A stretch of 64,000 nucleotides of DNA from contig JAZKFH010000012.1 in NCBI GenBank assembly GCA_040386535.1, positions 32,001-96,000 of the forward strand. Direction: 5' to 3'. Source of the DNA: Myxococcota bacterium. Lineage in GTDB: Bacteria > Myxococcota_A > UBA796 > SXON01. Below are positions 33,388 through 42,184 of this stretch, in pieces (position 1 is the first letter of the stretch; every line of letters starts with the position of its first letter). The notes below the pieces were generated by a model. It did not search any database. It worked only from the letters and a program-made list of their open reading frames with translations, and was not told where the DNA came from. The position numbers and the translations under genes were made by a program.

Positions 33388-35216
33388 CAATCGAGCACCA
33401 GGGGCTGGTTGCCGAGCTGGTTCGTGTGCGTGGTCTGGGCGCCGCCGGGCGCGGTGACGACGATGGTGTCGATCAGGCAGGCGCCGCCGAGGCCGAAGTG
33501 CAGCGCGGTGTCGTTCTGGATGCCCGCGTGCCCGTACCCGCCGGACACCTCCTGTGTCTGCGTGACGCCCCCCGCCGTCAGGTCGACGCGGGTGCCGACG
33601 GACAGGCCCTCCAGACGCACCCAGTTGCCGACGGGCGCGATGTTCTCGTACAGGTGCACCTCGCGGGTGGTCCAGGGCGAGCCCGAGCGCTGGAAGGACG
33701 AGCCGGTGGCGAAGTCGAGGTCACCGTCGAGATCGAAGTCCGCGATCGCCATGCCGGCGGGCCACGGGTGGTTCATCCCGGTCGCGTCGCTGACCTCCTC
33801 GAACTGGCCGGCCTCGGTCTGGCGCCACAACCACACGTGGGTGTCCTCGTAGTCGCTCGACCCGAGGACGATGTCCTTCCACCCGTCGTTGTCGAAGTCC
33901 ATGAACGCGGCGTGCAGGTCGCCCTCGTTCCACGAGCCGCGGCGGCTGCGGGCGAGGCCGTTGTCCTCGCTGTCGATCCGCTCGAACATGCCGGACCCGT
34001 CGTTCAAGAGGAGCTGCGTCGGATCGGCGGAGCCGCCGGCCCAGTCGTGCACGATGCTGGCCGTGTACGTGTCGTTGTCGCCGTCGTTGTCGATGTCGGC
34101 GCACACGGTGGTGAAGCCGTTGCCGGCGAGCCGCGCGGGCTGATCGTCGTAACCGACATTCCAGTAGTTGTCGGGGAACGCGCCGTTGCAGCGGACGGTG
34201 GGCGTCGGGTCGCCGCTGCCGCCGTAGGTCTCGTGCCAACAGGCGTACATGTAGTTGTCGGCGTAGTCGAAGTTGTCGTCGTCATCGAAGCCGGCCTCGT
34301 CGCCGATCTCGACGAAGCTGTCCCCGCCCTGGTTCGACCAGAGCTGGTTCCACGCGCGGCCGTAGTTGGTGGCGAGGAGCTCCGGGAGCGTGTCGCCGTC
34401 GAGATCGCAGGCCGTGGCGCCATAGGCGGGCCGCCGGGTGTCACGCTCGAGAAAATCCGCGGTCGTGCGGCCGCGCGCGAGGTTCAGGCCGACGTCGGCG
34501 GTCATGTCGGTGAACGTGCCGTCGCCGTTGCCGCGGAGGAGCTGGTCCTGGCCGGCGGCGGTGGACGCGCCGTACTCGAGGTAGAACGCCACTTGCCACA
34601 GATCGAGAACACCGTCGGCATCGTAGTCGGTGAACGACGCGGCGGTGACGGGGTAACCGTCCAGATCGCAGAGGTCGGAGCGGTCGGCGAAGGTGAAGTG
34701 CCCCGCGCCGTCGTTCAGGAGGATCTCGGAGCAATCGCCGGTCGCGTCCTCCGTGGCGTCGTCGAGGAAGCGGCCGGCGAGCGCGTCGAGATCGCCGTCG
34801 TTGTCGACGTCGCCGTACACGAACAACGTGGCGCTGCTGCCGGTGCCGCCGTCGCGGTTCTGGATGAGCCCGCTCTGCTCCGTCTCGTCGACGAACGTGC
34901 GCCCGCCGCCCTCGGCGGGGCGGTTCATCAGCACGTAGTGGTAGCGGACCGGCGGATCGGCCGCGAGGTCGTCGCGCGTGTTGCCGAACAGCTGCGTGAC
35001 GATCAGATCGGGGTAGCGGTCGCCGTCGAGATCGACGGTCTGCAGGCGCCCGCCCTGAACCCCCACGAGGCCCCAGGCCTCGGTGTGGTCCTCGTAGGCC
35101 GTGTCCCCCGACCACGCGCTCGATGGCGCGGGATCACAGGTCGGCACGACCGGATCGGGCTTGTTGTCCGTGGGGTCGACGCAGGCGGCGAGGAGGAACA
35201 GCAGGGTGGGGTTCAC
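33387..35216 (-). CDS. FG-GAP/VCBS-repeat lipoprotein with ASPIC/UnbV C-terminus (CRTAC1-like)
   Basis: LLAAC lipobox; multiple DxDxDGxxD loops (DLDGDRYPDL, DVDNDGDLD, DYDADGVLDL, DFDNDGWKD); GTRV...EVSGGYG...LHFGLG. Confidence 0.88.
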   Translation of the reverse strand: MNPTLLFLLAACVDPTDNKPDPVVPTCDPAPSSAWSGDTAYEDHTEAWGLVGVQGGRLQTVDLDGDRYPDLIVTQLFGNTRDDLAADPPVRYHYVLMNRPAEGGGRTFVDETEQSGLIQNRDGGTGSSATLFVYGDVDNDGDLDALAGRFLDDATEDATGDCSEILLNDGAGHFTFADRSDLCDLDGYPVTAASFTDYDADGVLDLWQVAFYLEYGASTAAGQDQLLRGNGDGTFTDMTADVGLNLARGRTTADFLERDTRRPAYGATACDLDGDTLPELLATNYGRAWNQLWSNQGGDSFVEIGDEAGFDDDDNFDYADNYMYACWHETYGGSGDPTPTVRCNGAFPDNYWNVGYDDQPARLAGNGFTTVCADIDNDGDNDTYTASIVHDWAGGSADPTQLLLNDGSGMFERIDSEDNGLARSRRGSWNEGDLHAAFMDFDNDGWKDIVLGSSDYEDTHVWLWRQTEAGQFEEVSDATGMNHPWPAGMAIADFDLDGDLDFATGSSFQRSGSPWTTREVHLYENIAPVGNWVRLEGLSVGTRVDLTAGGVTQTQEVSGGYGHAGIQNDTALHFGLGGACLIDTIVVTAPGGAQTTHTNQLGNQPLVLD

Positions 35217-35298
35217 CCGCCGATGGTACCCGATCCCGGCGGGAGTCGGCTCGCGATCGGCCCAGGTCGCGATATGCCGGGTGTCGAACGGAGGCGCC

Positions 35299-36198
35299 AT
35301 GTGGTTGCTCGCGGTCCTCTCCTGCCAGCCCGTGATCAACGGCCCGGGCCCGAAGGACGAGGAAGAGCCCGTCGTGTTCGCGGTCACGAGCCTCGCGCCA
35401 ACCTCGGGCCCGGCGTCGGGAGGCACGTCCGTGAGCGTGCGCGGGGCCGGCTTCAACGAGGCGAGCACCGTGACCGTGGGCGGCGCCCCGTGCGCCTCGT
35501 GGGCGTGGTTGTCCTCGACCGAACTCCTGTGTGTCACGCCCGCGGGGACCCCCGGCCCCTCGACCCTGGTGGTGACTGGGGGCGCGGAGTCAGCGTCGCT
35601 GCCCTACACGTTCCTCGAAGCGAGCGACACGGACACGGACACCGACACCGACACGGACACCGACACGGACACGGATACCGACACGGACACGGACACGGAC
35701 ACGGACACCGACACCGACACCGACACCGATACCGACACGGACACCGACGACACCGCCGCCGCCGTGCCGATCGACTACTGCCACCTCCAGTACCCGTGTT
35801 CCCAGACCGTCTCCGGCGGGGCGAGCTCCGAGACCGTCTACGGCTGGGTGTACCAGGCCGGGGTCACCGACGGCGCTGGGGCGGGCGCCGGGCTCGTCAT
35901 CGAGGTCGGCGTCGGCCCGGACGGCTCCAACCCGGCGACCAGCCCGGCGTGGGCGTGGGAGCCGATGGCCTACAACGTCGACAAGGACGGCCTGTCCCCC
36001 GGCGACCTCGCGAACGACGAGTACCAGGGCCGGTTCGCCGCGCCCGCCACCGCGGGGTCCTACGACTTCTGCGTGCGCGCGAGCGCCGACAGCGGCACGT
36101 CCTGGACGTACTGCGACGGCGGTGGGGACGCGTGCCCGGGGAACGGCTCGGACGACGGCTACACCGCGATCGACGCGGGTGCGCTCGTGGTGCCGTAG
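35299..36198 (+). CDS. Lipoprotein: IPT/TIG domain, (DT)n linker, amylopullulanase-associated-like C-terminal domain
   Basis: MWLLAVLSC; VTSLAPTSGPASGGTSVSVRGAGF...LLCVTPAG; about 20 DT pairs; VYGWVYQAGVTD...NDEYQG...SGTSWTYCD. Confidence 0.82.
   Translation: MWLLAVLSCQPVINGPGPKDEEEPVVFAVTSLAPTSGPASGGTSVSVRGAGFNEASTVTVGGAPCASWAWLSSTELLCVTPAGTPGPSTLVVTGGAESASLPYTFLEASDTDTDTDTDTDTDTDTDTDTDTDTDTDTDTDTDTDTDTDTDDTAAAVPIDYCHLQYPCSQTVSGGASSETVYGWVYQAGVTDGAGAGAGLVIEVGVGPDGSNPATSPAWAWEPMAYNVDKDGLSPGDLANDEYQGRFAAPATAGSYDFCVRASADSGTSWTYCDGGGDACPGNGSDDGYTAIDAGALVVP
35626..35745 (+). repeat. Coding 6-bp tandem repeat (GAC-ACS)n, about 20 Asp-Thr units
   Basis: GACACG/GACACC/GATACC array. Confidence 0.95.
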
Positions 36199-36202
36199 AG
36201 GA

Positions 36203-36562
36203 TCAGCTCGCGGCGAGGAGCGGCTTGAGCTCGCCGGACTTGCGGAGGGCATCGAGGTCGGACGCGCCGCCCAGGAGCGCGCCGTTCACGAACACCATCG
36301 GGAACGTGGGCCAGCCCGCCCAGATCTTGATGGCGAGGCGCTTCTTCCAGCCGCTGAGGTAGTTGCCGTACTCCAGGTACGTGTACCCGATGTCCTCCTC
36401 CTGGAGGATGCGGCGCGCGTTCTTCACAGGGACGTTCCAGGCCATTCCCACGACGACCACCTTGTCTCTCGCGACGGTACCCGCCACCTCGGCGATGGTG
36501 GCCGTGTGGTAACGGTCGCGGGCCGCGAGGGCGGACGGGTGGAAGCGGGAGAGGACGGTCAT
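36203..36562 (-). CDS. Glutaredoxin-fold protein with no cysteine
   Basis: VVVVGMAWNVPV..ARRIL, GWPTFPMVFVNGALLGGASDL (TFP and GG motifs). Confidence 0.82.
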   Translation of the reverse strand: MTVLSRFHPSALAARDRYHTATIAEVAGTVARDKVVVVGMAWNVPVKNARRILQEEDIGYTYLEYGNYLSGWKKRLAIKIWAGWPTFPMVFVNGALLGGASDLDALRKSGELKPLLAAS

Positions 36563-36591
36563 GGGGAAGGTCCGGGAGTTAGGAGGGGCGA

Positions 36592-37944
36592 ATGGCATCC
36601 AAGTTCTCTCGGATGGCGCAGCTCGGGGCGCTGACGACCCGGGTCTCGTCGTCCTATCTCGGCAACAAGGTGGCCGGGATCTTCCAAGGCGAGGAGGCGC
36701 GCAAGGCCGGCCTCGATCGTACCCACCAAGAGAACGCGGAGCGCATCGTCGCGAACCTGGGCTCGCTCAAGGGCGCGGCGATGAAGGTCGGGCAGGCGAT
36801 CGCGCAGGTGGCGGACGGCTACGGCCTCCCGGAAGAGGCGCGGGCCGCCCTGGGAAAGCTGCACGACAAGGCCGAGCCCGTGCCGTTCGCGGTTGTCAAG
36901 CGCCGTATCGAGGCGGAGCTGGCCGGCGGGCTGGACACCCTGTTCTCGTCGTTCGATCCCGAGCCGATCGGCACGGCGTCCCTCGGCCAGGCCCACGGCG
37001 CCCGCCTGCCCGACGGGACCGAGGTCGTGGTGAAGGTGCTCCACGAGGGCATCGACGGCAGCGTGCACGCCGACCTGGGCGCCCTGCGCGCGATGCTCAC
37101 GGCCGGGCGGGTGTTGAGGCGCCCCAAGGAGGAGGTCGACGCGATCTTCCAGGAGATCGAGGAGCGCCTGGGCGAGGAGCTCGACTACCGCCGCGAGGCG
37201 GAGAACCTCAAACAATTCCGCGCCTTCTTCCACAACGACGCGAACGTGACCATCCCCGCGGTGCACGACGGCTGGTCCACCGGGCGCGTGCTCACCATGG
37301 AGCGGCTCTCGGGGAAGCCGCTGCCGGTGTTCGTCGCCACGGCGACCCCCGCCGCGAAGCAGCACGCCGGCGTGACGCTCGGCCGCGCGTTCATGCGCAT
37401 GCAGTACGAGCTGCGCGCCATCCACGCGGATCCCCACCCGGGCAATTACCTCTTCACGCCCGAGGGCAAGGTGGGCATCCTCGACTTCGGGTGTGTGCGC
37501 CGCCTCGAGCTCGGCTGGATCGCGGACTACGGGATGTGTGGCCTCGCGACCCGGAACGACGATCGCGAGGGGCTCATGGAGGCCTCCGTGCGCATCCGCG
37601 CCCTGACCCGCCGGGGGGACCGCGGCGCCGAGGACGTGTTGTGGGATCTCTGCCGCGCCATCGGCACGCCGTTCGCGAAGGGCGGCCCCTACACGATGGG
37701 GAGCGACCAGGACGACATCCAGGATCGCATCACGACGCTGGTCCCGCGGCTCGTCGGCTCGTCGGCGTTGCGCTCGCCGCACGAGCTCGTGTTCCTGCAC
37801 CGCGGGCTCGGCGGGGTCTACCAGATCCTCAAGCAGCTCAAGGCCCGTGCCGACTGGGGCGGGATCTTCGAGGATCTCGCGCTGCGGTGCATGGCCGATC
37901 GGGATCGCGCCGCCGGGGTGCTCGGCACGAGCGCGGTGGGCTGA
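36592..37944 (+). CDS. ABC1/UbiB/AarF-family atypical kinase
   Basis: LKGAAMKVGQ, TASLGQAH, VVVKV, EELDYRREA, HADPHPGNY, LDFG. Confidence 0.92.
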   Translation: MASKFSRMAQLGALTTRVSSSYLGNKVAGIFQGEEARKAGLDRTHQENAERIVANLGSLKGAAMKVGQAIAQVADGYGLPEEARAALGKLHDKAEPVPFAVVKRRIEAELAGGLDTLFSSFDPEPIGTASLGQAHGARLPDGTEVVVKVLHEGIDGSVHADLGALRAMLTAGRVLRRPKEEVDAIFQEIEERLGEELDYRREAENLKQFRAFFHNDANVTIPAVHDGWSTGRVLTMERLSGKPLPVFVATATPAAKQHAGVTLGRAFMRMQYELRAIHADPHPGNYLFTPEGKVGILDFGCVRRLELGWIADYGMCGLATRNDDREGLMEASVRIRALTRRGDRGAEDVLWDLCRAIGTPFAKGGPYTMGSDQDDIQDRITTLVPRLVGSSALRSPHELVFLHRGLGGVYQILKQLKARADWGGIFEDLALRCMADRDRAAGVLGTSAVG

Positions 37945-37994
37945 GGTAGCGCTCGTCCGGGGGCGCGGTGTCGAAGCATGCAGGAGAGCCCGCC

Positions 37995-38528
37995 ATGCTT
38001 TCGGTCGCCGCCATCGCCCTTCTCCAGACCGCCACCGCCGCCGACGTCGAGTTCCACGTGGAGGCCACCTCGCAGATCATGCCCGAGACCGTGGCGCTCG
38101 ACCTGCGCGGCCGCGTGGACGGCGAGAAGGACGCGTACATCACCACCGTCGCCCGCATCGATCCCACCGGCACCTGGATCGGGCGGGCGGGCATCGGCGT
38201 GGACCTGTTCGGCGGCAAGGACGGCATCGACCTGAAGCTCGGCCTGTTCCTCGGCGGCACCGGCGACCTGACCGAGTCGTCGATGATCGGCCGCCCGACC
38301 GCGGGCGCCGAGGTCCTCTTCGGCGTCGGCATCGGGCGCGTGTACGGCTGGTACCGCCACACGGACGGATTCGCGGGTCCGTTGGAGGATCGCCTCACCG
38401 AGGACGAGCTCCGGCTCGGCTTCCGCATCGTCGACACGGTGCGGGTGCACGGGCAGTACCTGATCTACAACCCGGGGGACCACGTTCTGCGCGGTGGGGC
38501 CGGCATCGGGGTCGAGGTCATCCTCTGA
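37995..38528 (+). CDS. Hypothetical secreted protein, probable small outer-membrane beta-barrel
   Basis: Signal peptide; alternating Gly/hydrophobic strands; C-terminal GIGVEVIL. Confidence 0.6.
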   Translation: MLSVAAIALLQTATAADVEFHVEATSQIMPETVALDLRGRVDGEKDAYITTVARIDPTGTWIGRAGIGVDLFGGKDGIDLKLGLFLGGTGDLTESSMIGRPTAGAEVLFGVGIGRVYGWYRHTDGFAGPLEDRLTEDELRLGFRIVDTVRVHGQYLIYNPGDHVLRGGAGIGVEVIL

Positions 38529-38544
38529 CCGAACGGACCCGCCG

Positions 38545-38925
38545 CTAGCCCATCGCCCGCTGGTGCAGGAACCGGCGCGACGCGGGCGCGGTGAGCCAGA
38601 GATCCTCGCCGCCCCGGCGCCACGTCACCGGGCCCCGTTCGCCGCGGACGAGCGCCGCCGCGGGCGTGTAGCGGCGGATGCGCGCCTGGGTGCCCTCCAG
38701 CTGCCGGAGGAGCACGTGTTGCGACGCCGGATCGAGCTCGCGGAACAGCTCGACGAGATCCAGGCGGGCACGGTCCCGCTCCGAGAGCACCGGCACGCCG
38801 GGCTCGCGGTAGGGGTGGAGCAGGATCACGTTCTCGGGGAGCGGACGCGGTAGCGACATCTCGGCGACCTCGGTCTCAACATGCAGCCGAGTTGGCCGGC
38901 CCGAAGTCAAATGCTTGTCTTTCAT
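38545..38925 (-). CDS. Hypothetical protein
   Basis: Fills the gap after the glycosyltransferase (ATGA overlap); the true start may be the later MSLPRP; no motif recognised. Confidence 0.45.
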   Translation of the reverse strand: MKDKHLTSGRPTRLHVETEVAEMSLPRPLPENVILLHPYREPGVPVLSERDRARLDLVELFRELDPASQHVLLRQLEGTQARIRRYTPAAALVRGERGPVTWRRGGEDLWLTAPASRRFLHQRAMG

Positions 38926-40139
38926 CGTCCGCCCAGGCGCCGCAGGCGGTCCATCGCCCGCCAGGTCGGCGACGCGTAGACCTGCGCGAGGGTCTCCCGC
39001 AGGGCGTCCCGCTCGGTGGAGAGGGCCGCCATCGCGTCGGCCTCGCCGTGAACCGCCCGGCGGACCGGCCGCGCGGCCCAGGATCGGAGCCCCGCGGTGG
39101 TGGCCGCGATGCCGTACCGCGCGCGCAAAGGGCCGCGGTCGGGGAGGGGAGCGCGGGGGGCGACGAGCGCGTCGGACAGGGCCCCGACATCGCCGCTCGG
39201 CACCGCGTGGAGCCAGCCCCCGTCGGCCAGATCGCGGGCGAGCTCACACCGCGCGGTGGCGATGACGGGGAGGCCCTGGTGCAGGTAGAGCAGCAGGCGC
39301 GTGCGGCTCCCGAGCTCGGGCTCGAAACCCGGGCGATCGAGAGAGACGCCGACCGAGCACCGCGCGAGCACGCGGGCGAGCTCGCTCGGGGGCAGGCGCT
39401 CGTGGAACTTGAAGCGGCCGCCGTGGGACGAGGTGCGCGCGCCCGCGGCGAAGGCCGCCCAGGTGTCGGTGTGGTGGCCGGGGATGGGCCCGCCGACCAC
39501 GACGACCTCGACAGGAGCGCGGTCCATCGCGTGGAGCAGCCCCGCGAGGAGCGTCTCGCCGTCGAACCAGGTGTTGAAGCCCCCGACGAGCGCCACGCGC
39601 GTGGGGGCGTCGGGCGCGCGGGGCGGCGCCTCGGGGAGGCCCGGGAAGTCCCACGCCACCGGCGTCACGAACGCCCACTCGTCCCCCGGCGGGGTGCGGG
39701 CGAGCCGACCGAGCAGCCCGAGCTGGCCGAGCAGGGCGTGGCGGCTCGGGCCCGCGATCGTCGTGAACGCGTCGGCACGCAGGAGCGCCGGCACGAACAC
39801 GGCCCGGGCCTGCCGCGCGACGTCCTCGGCCCCGCCGAAGGCCGCGACCATCTGGGCGTCCGCGAAGGGGTCGCCCGGGAGATCGACGCACAGCGGGAGA
39901 TCCCCGGCGGCGGCGACGGCGGCGCGGGTGGGGCCGAAGATGCCGGCGGACACGACGGCGGTGGGGCGGACATCGCGCACCGCCAGGGCAACGTCGTCGG
40001 TGCGGGCGTCGATCACGTGGACGTCGTGGTCGCCGCGGAGCGCGGCGAAGAACTGCGCGAGGCGCAGCTGCGCGAACGAGGTGTCGACCGAGCCGGGGCC
40101 CGGGAGGGACCCCTCGCCCACGAGCGCGATGCGGCTCAC
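38922..40139 (-). CDS. GT-B (family 4-like) glycosyltransferase with C-terminal coiled coil
   Basis: GGFNTWFDGETL, ELGSRTRLLLYLHQGLPVIAT, VPSGDVGALSDAL, C-terminal SPTWRAMDRLRR. Confidence 0.72.
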   Translation of the reverse strand: MSRIALVGEGSLPGPGSVDTSFAQLRLAQFFAALRGDHDVHVIDARTDDVALAVRDVRPTAVVSAGIFGPTRAAVAAAGDLPLCVDLPGDPFADAQMVAAFGGAEDVARQARAVFVPALLRADAFTTIAGPSRHALLGQLGLLGRLARTPPGDEWAFVTPVAWDFPGLPEAPPRAPDAPTRVALVGGFNTWFDGETLLAGLLHAMDRAPVEVVVVGGPIPGHHTDTWAAFAAGARTSSHGGRFKFHERLPPSELARVLARCSVGVSLDRPGFEPELGSRTRLLLYLHQGLPVIATARCELARDLADGGWLHAVPSGDVGALSDALVAPRAPLPDRGPLRARYGIAATTAGLRSWAARPVRRAVHGEADAMAALSTERDALRETLAQVYASPTWRAMDRLRRLGGR

Positions 40140-40163
40140 GACGAGGCCCTCATCACGAGGAGC

Positions 40164-41609
40164 TCACGGTGAGCCGCGCTTCGGGGCCGCCTGTGCGTCG
40201 TGCCAGGTGAGCAGGCCCCAGCGGTGGGGGATGCGCACGATGCCGTGATCCTCGACGTCCTGGGAGACCTCGAACGTATAGAGCTGGTTGTGCCATACGT
40301 GCGGGGCCACGTGCCCCGCGTCGAAGATCGCCACCGACACCCGGTAGGTGCCCGCGAGCAGGGGGAGCGCCGGATAGTGCACGAAGAAGGTGTAGACGCC
40401 GTGGTAGGTGCCCTCGAGCACGCCGTCGAAGCGGGTGTTGGGCCCGAACACGTACACGCCGTCGTTCCGGAACAGCGCGACGCCGAAGATCGGGCGCTCC
40501 AGCGGCTCGGTGGTGCGGAAGGTCACGGCCACGACGAGGCTCTCGCCGCTGCGGAAGCGCTCGCGCTCGTGCCCCTGCGCGTCGAGCAGCTGCACCCGCA
40601 CGATGCGCGCTTCCCCGGTTCCCGCCACCAGCATGCGATCGCCGTCGGTGCGACGCGGCGCGTCCCCCGCGGCCTCCTCGAACAGCGCCGCGGGATCCTC
40701 GAGCGCGCAGGCGACCTCGAGTGTGTCGCGCAGCGCCGGATCCTCCTCGGACACGCGCGACGCGGGCAGGGAGATGACGCGCTCGGTGCCACCGGGGACC
40801 GGGCGGAGCGTGGGGCGCGGCGGCGCGTCGGGCAGCGTGGGGGCGACCCGCACGCGATCGAGCTCGAGGTAGCGCTCGATGACCTCGCGCGGGGGGCCGA
40901 TGGCGCGCGGGCGGCCCTTGTCGAGCCAGAGCACCTCGTCGCACAACGAGCGCACGGCGTGCAGATCGTGGGAGACGAGGACGAGGGTCGCGCCGTCCCG
41001 CACGGCCTGCTCGATGCGACGCACACACTTGCGCTGGAAGTATTGGTCGCCGACGGCGAGCACCTCGTCGATGAGCAGGATGTCCGCGTCGACGTGCATC
41101 GCCACGGCGAACCCGAGGCGCAGGTTCATCCCGGTCGAGTAGGTGCGCACCGGGTAGTCGATGAAGTCGCCCAGCTCGGCGAAGCGGATGATCTCGGGGA
41201 CGCGCTCCTGGATCAGCGCCGGATCGAGGCCGAGGAGCGAGCAGGTGAGCTGGATGTTCTCGCGGCCGGTGAAGGTGTCGTGAAAGCCGACCCCGAGATC
41301 GAGCAGCGTCGCCATGCGGCCGTACACCCCGAGGCTGCCCTCCGTCGGCTCCGTGATGCCGGCGAGCAGGCGGAGCAACGTGCTCTTCCCGGCCCCGTTC
41401 GAGCCGATCACCCCGAACGCGCGCCCGCGCTCCACGCGAAAACCCAGGCCTCGCAAGGCCCAATGTTCGACGTGGTGCGTGCGGTTGCCGACCAGCTCGA
41501 AGAACCGGCTGCGGTCGTTCGGGTAGATGTCGAAGCGCTTCCCGAGCCCCTCGGCCTCGAGCAGGACGGTCGGGGGCGTGGGGGCCCCGGGGGGCGGCAC
41601 GATCGGCAT
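40164..41609 (-). CDS. wzt: Polysaccharide (O-antigen) ABC exporter ATP-binding protein with Wzt-C domain
   Basis: WALRGLGF, GSNGAGKST, TGRENI, PVRTYSTGM, DEVLAVGD, VSHD; C-terminal GEARIVRV...LPLLAGTYRVSVAI. Confidence 0.9.
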   Translation of the reverse strand: MPIVPPPGAPTPPTVLLEAEGLGKRFDIYPNDRSRFFELVGNRTHHVEHWALRGLGFRVERGRAFGVIGSNGAGKSTLLRLLAGITEPTEGSLGVYGRMATLLDLGVGFHDTFTGRENIQLTCSLLGLDPALIQERVPEIIRFAELGDFIDYPVRTYSTGMNLRLGFAVAMHVDADILLIDEVLAVGDQYFQRKCVRRIEQAVRDGATLVLVSHDLHAVRSLCDEVLWLDKGRPRAIGPPREVIERYLELDRVRVAPTLPDAPPRPTLRPVPGGTERVISLPASRVSEEDPALRDTLEVACALEDPAALFEEAAGDAPRRTDGDRMLVAGTGEARIVRVQLLDAQGHERERFRSGESLVVAVTFRTTEPLERPIFGVALFRNDGVYVFGPNTRFDGVLEGTYHGVYTFFVHYPALPLLAGTYRVSVAIFDAGHVAPHVWHNQLYTFEVSQDVEDHGIVRIPHRWGLLTWHDAQAAPKRGSP

Positions 41610-41665
41610 GGGACGCGGGAGGCCCTCTCGGTGTGGCGGCGGTTGTCATGCTACCCTGCGCGGGC

Positions 41666-42184
41666 ATGAACGTGGCGCGCGCCATCCTGGTTCTGTTGGG
41701 CGGATGTCGGGGGATCGACTCCGTGCCCATCGTCGCCGGCGAACACTGTGAGCCCGACCGGGAAGAGACGGTCGCGTGCACGCTCGACGGGGACACGGTG
41801 CAGCTCGGAGTGCAGCTCGGCGTCTGCGGGGGTGAGTCGGTGCGGCTGCTCGGGGTGAGCGCGCCCGAGATCGCGCACGACAGCACCGAGATCGACGAGT
41901 GTTTCGGGCCCGAGGCCGCCGCGTGGATGGCCGCCCGCCTCGACGGCGAGGATGTGCGGCTCGAGTTCGACGCGGAGTGCGCGGACCAGTACAAGCGCAC
42001 GCTCGCCTACATCTGGACGGTCGACGAGGACGGCGAGGAGTCCCTCGTGAACGAAGAGATCGTCCGCGCCGGATACGCCCGCGTGTACGAGGACTTCGAC
42101 GACATCCGCCTCGCCGAGCGCCTGTACGCCGCGCAGGCAGACGCGCAATCCATGAACGCCGGCCTCTGGGCGGTCTGTGAATAG
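41666..42184 (+). CDS. Thermonuclease (SNase)-family lipoprotein
   Basis: LGGC lipobox; DGDT, VRLLGVSAPE, ECFGPEA, DQYKRTLAYIW, VNEEIVRAGYA, GLW. Confidence 0.88.
   Translation: MNVARAILVLLGGCRGIDSVPIVAGEHCEPDREETVACTLDGDTVQLGVQLGVCGGESVRLLGVSAPEIAHDSTEIDECFGPEAAAWMAARLDGEDVRLEFDAECADQYKRTLAYIWTVDEDGEESLVNEEIVRAGYARVYEDFDDIRLAERLYAAQADAQSMNAGLWAVCE

Noticed and set aside
35626..35745. Possible CRISPR or non-coding satellite (also 27458-27553 and 355-425)
   Set aside because: 6- or 12-bp in-frame coding repeats with no spacers and no cas genes.
36203..36562. Selenocysteine in the Cys-less glutaredoxin
   Set aside because: No in-frame TGA near the active-site position.
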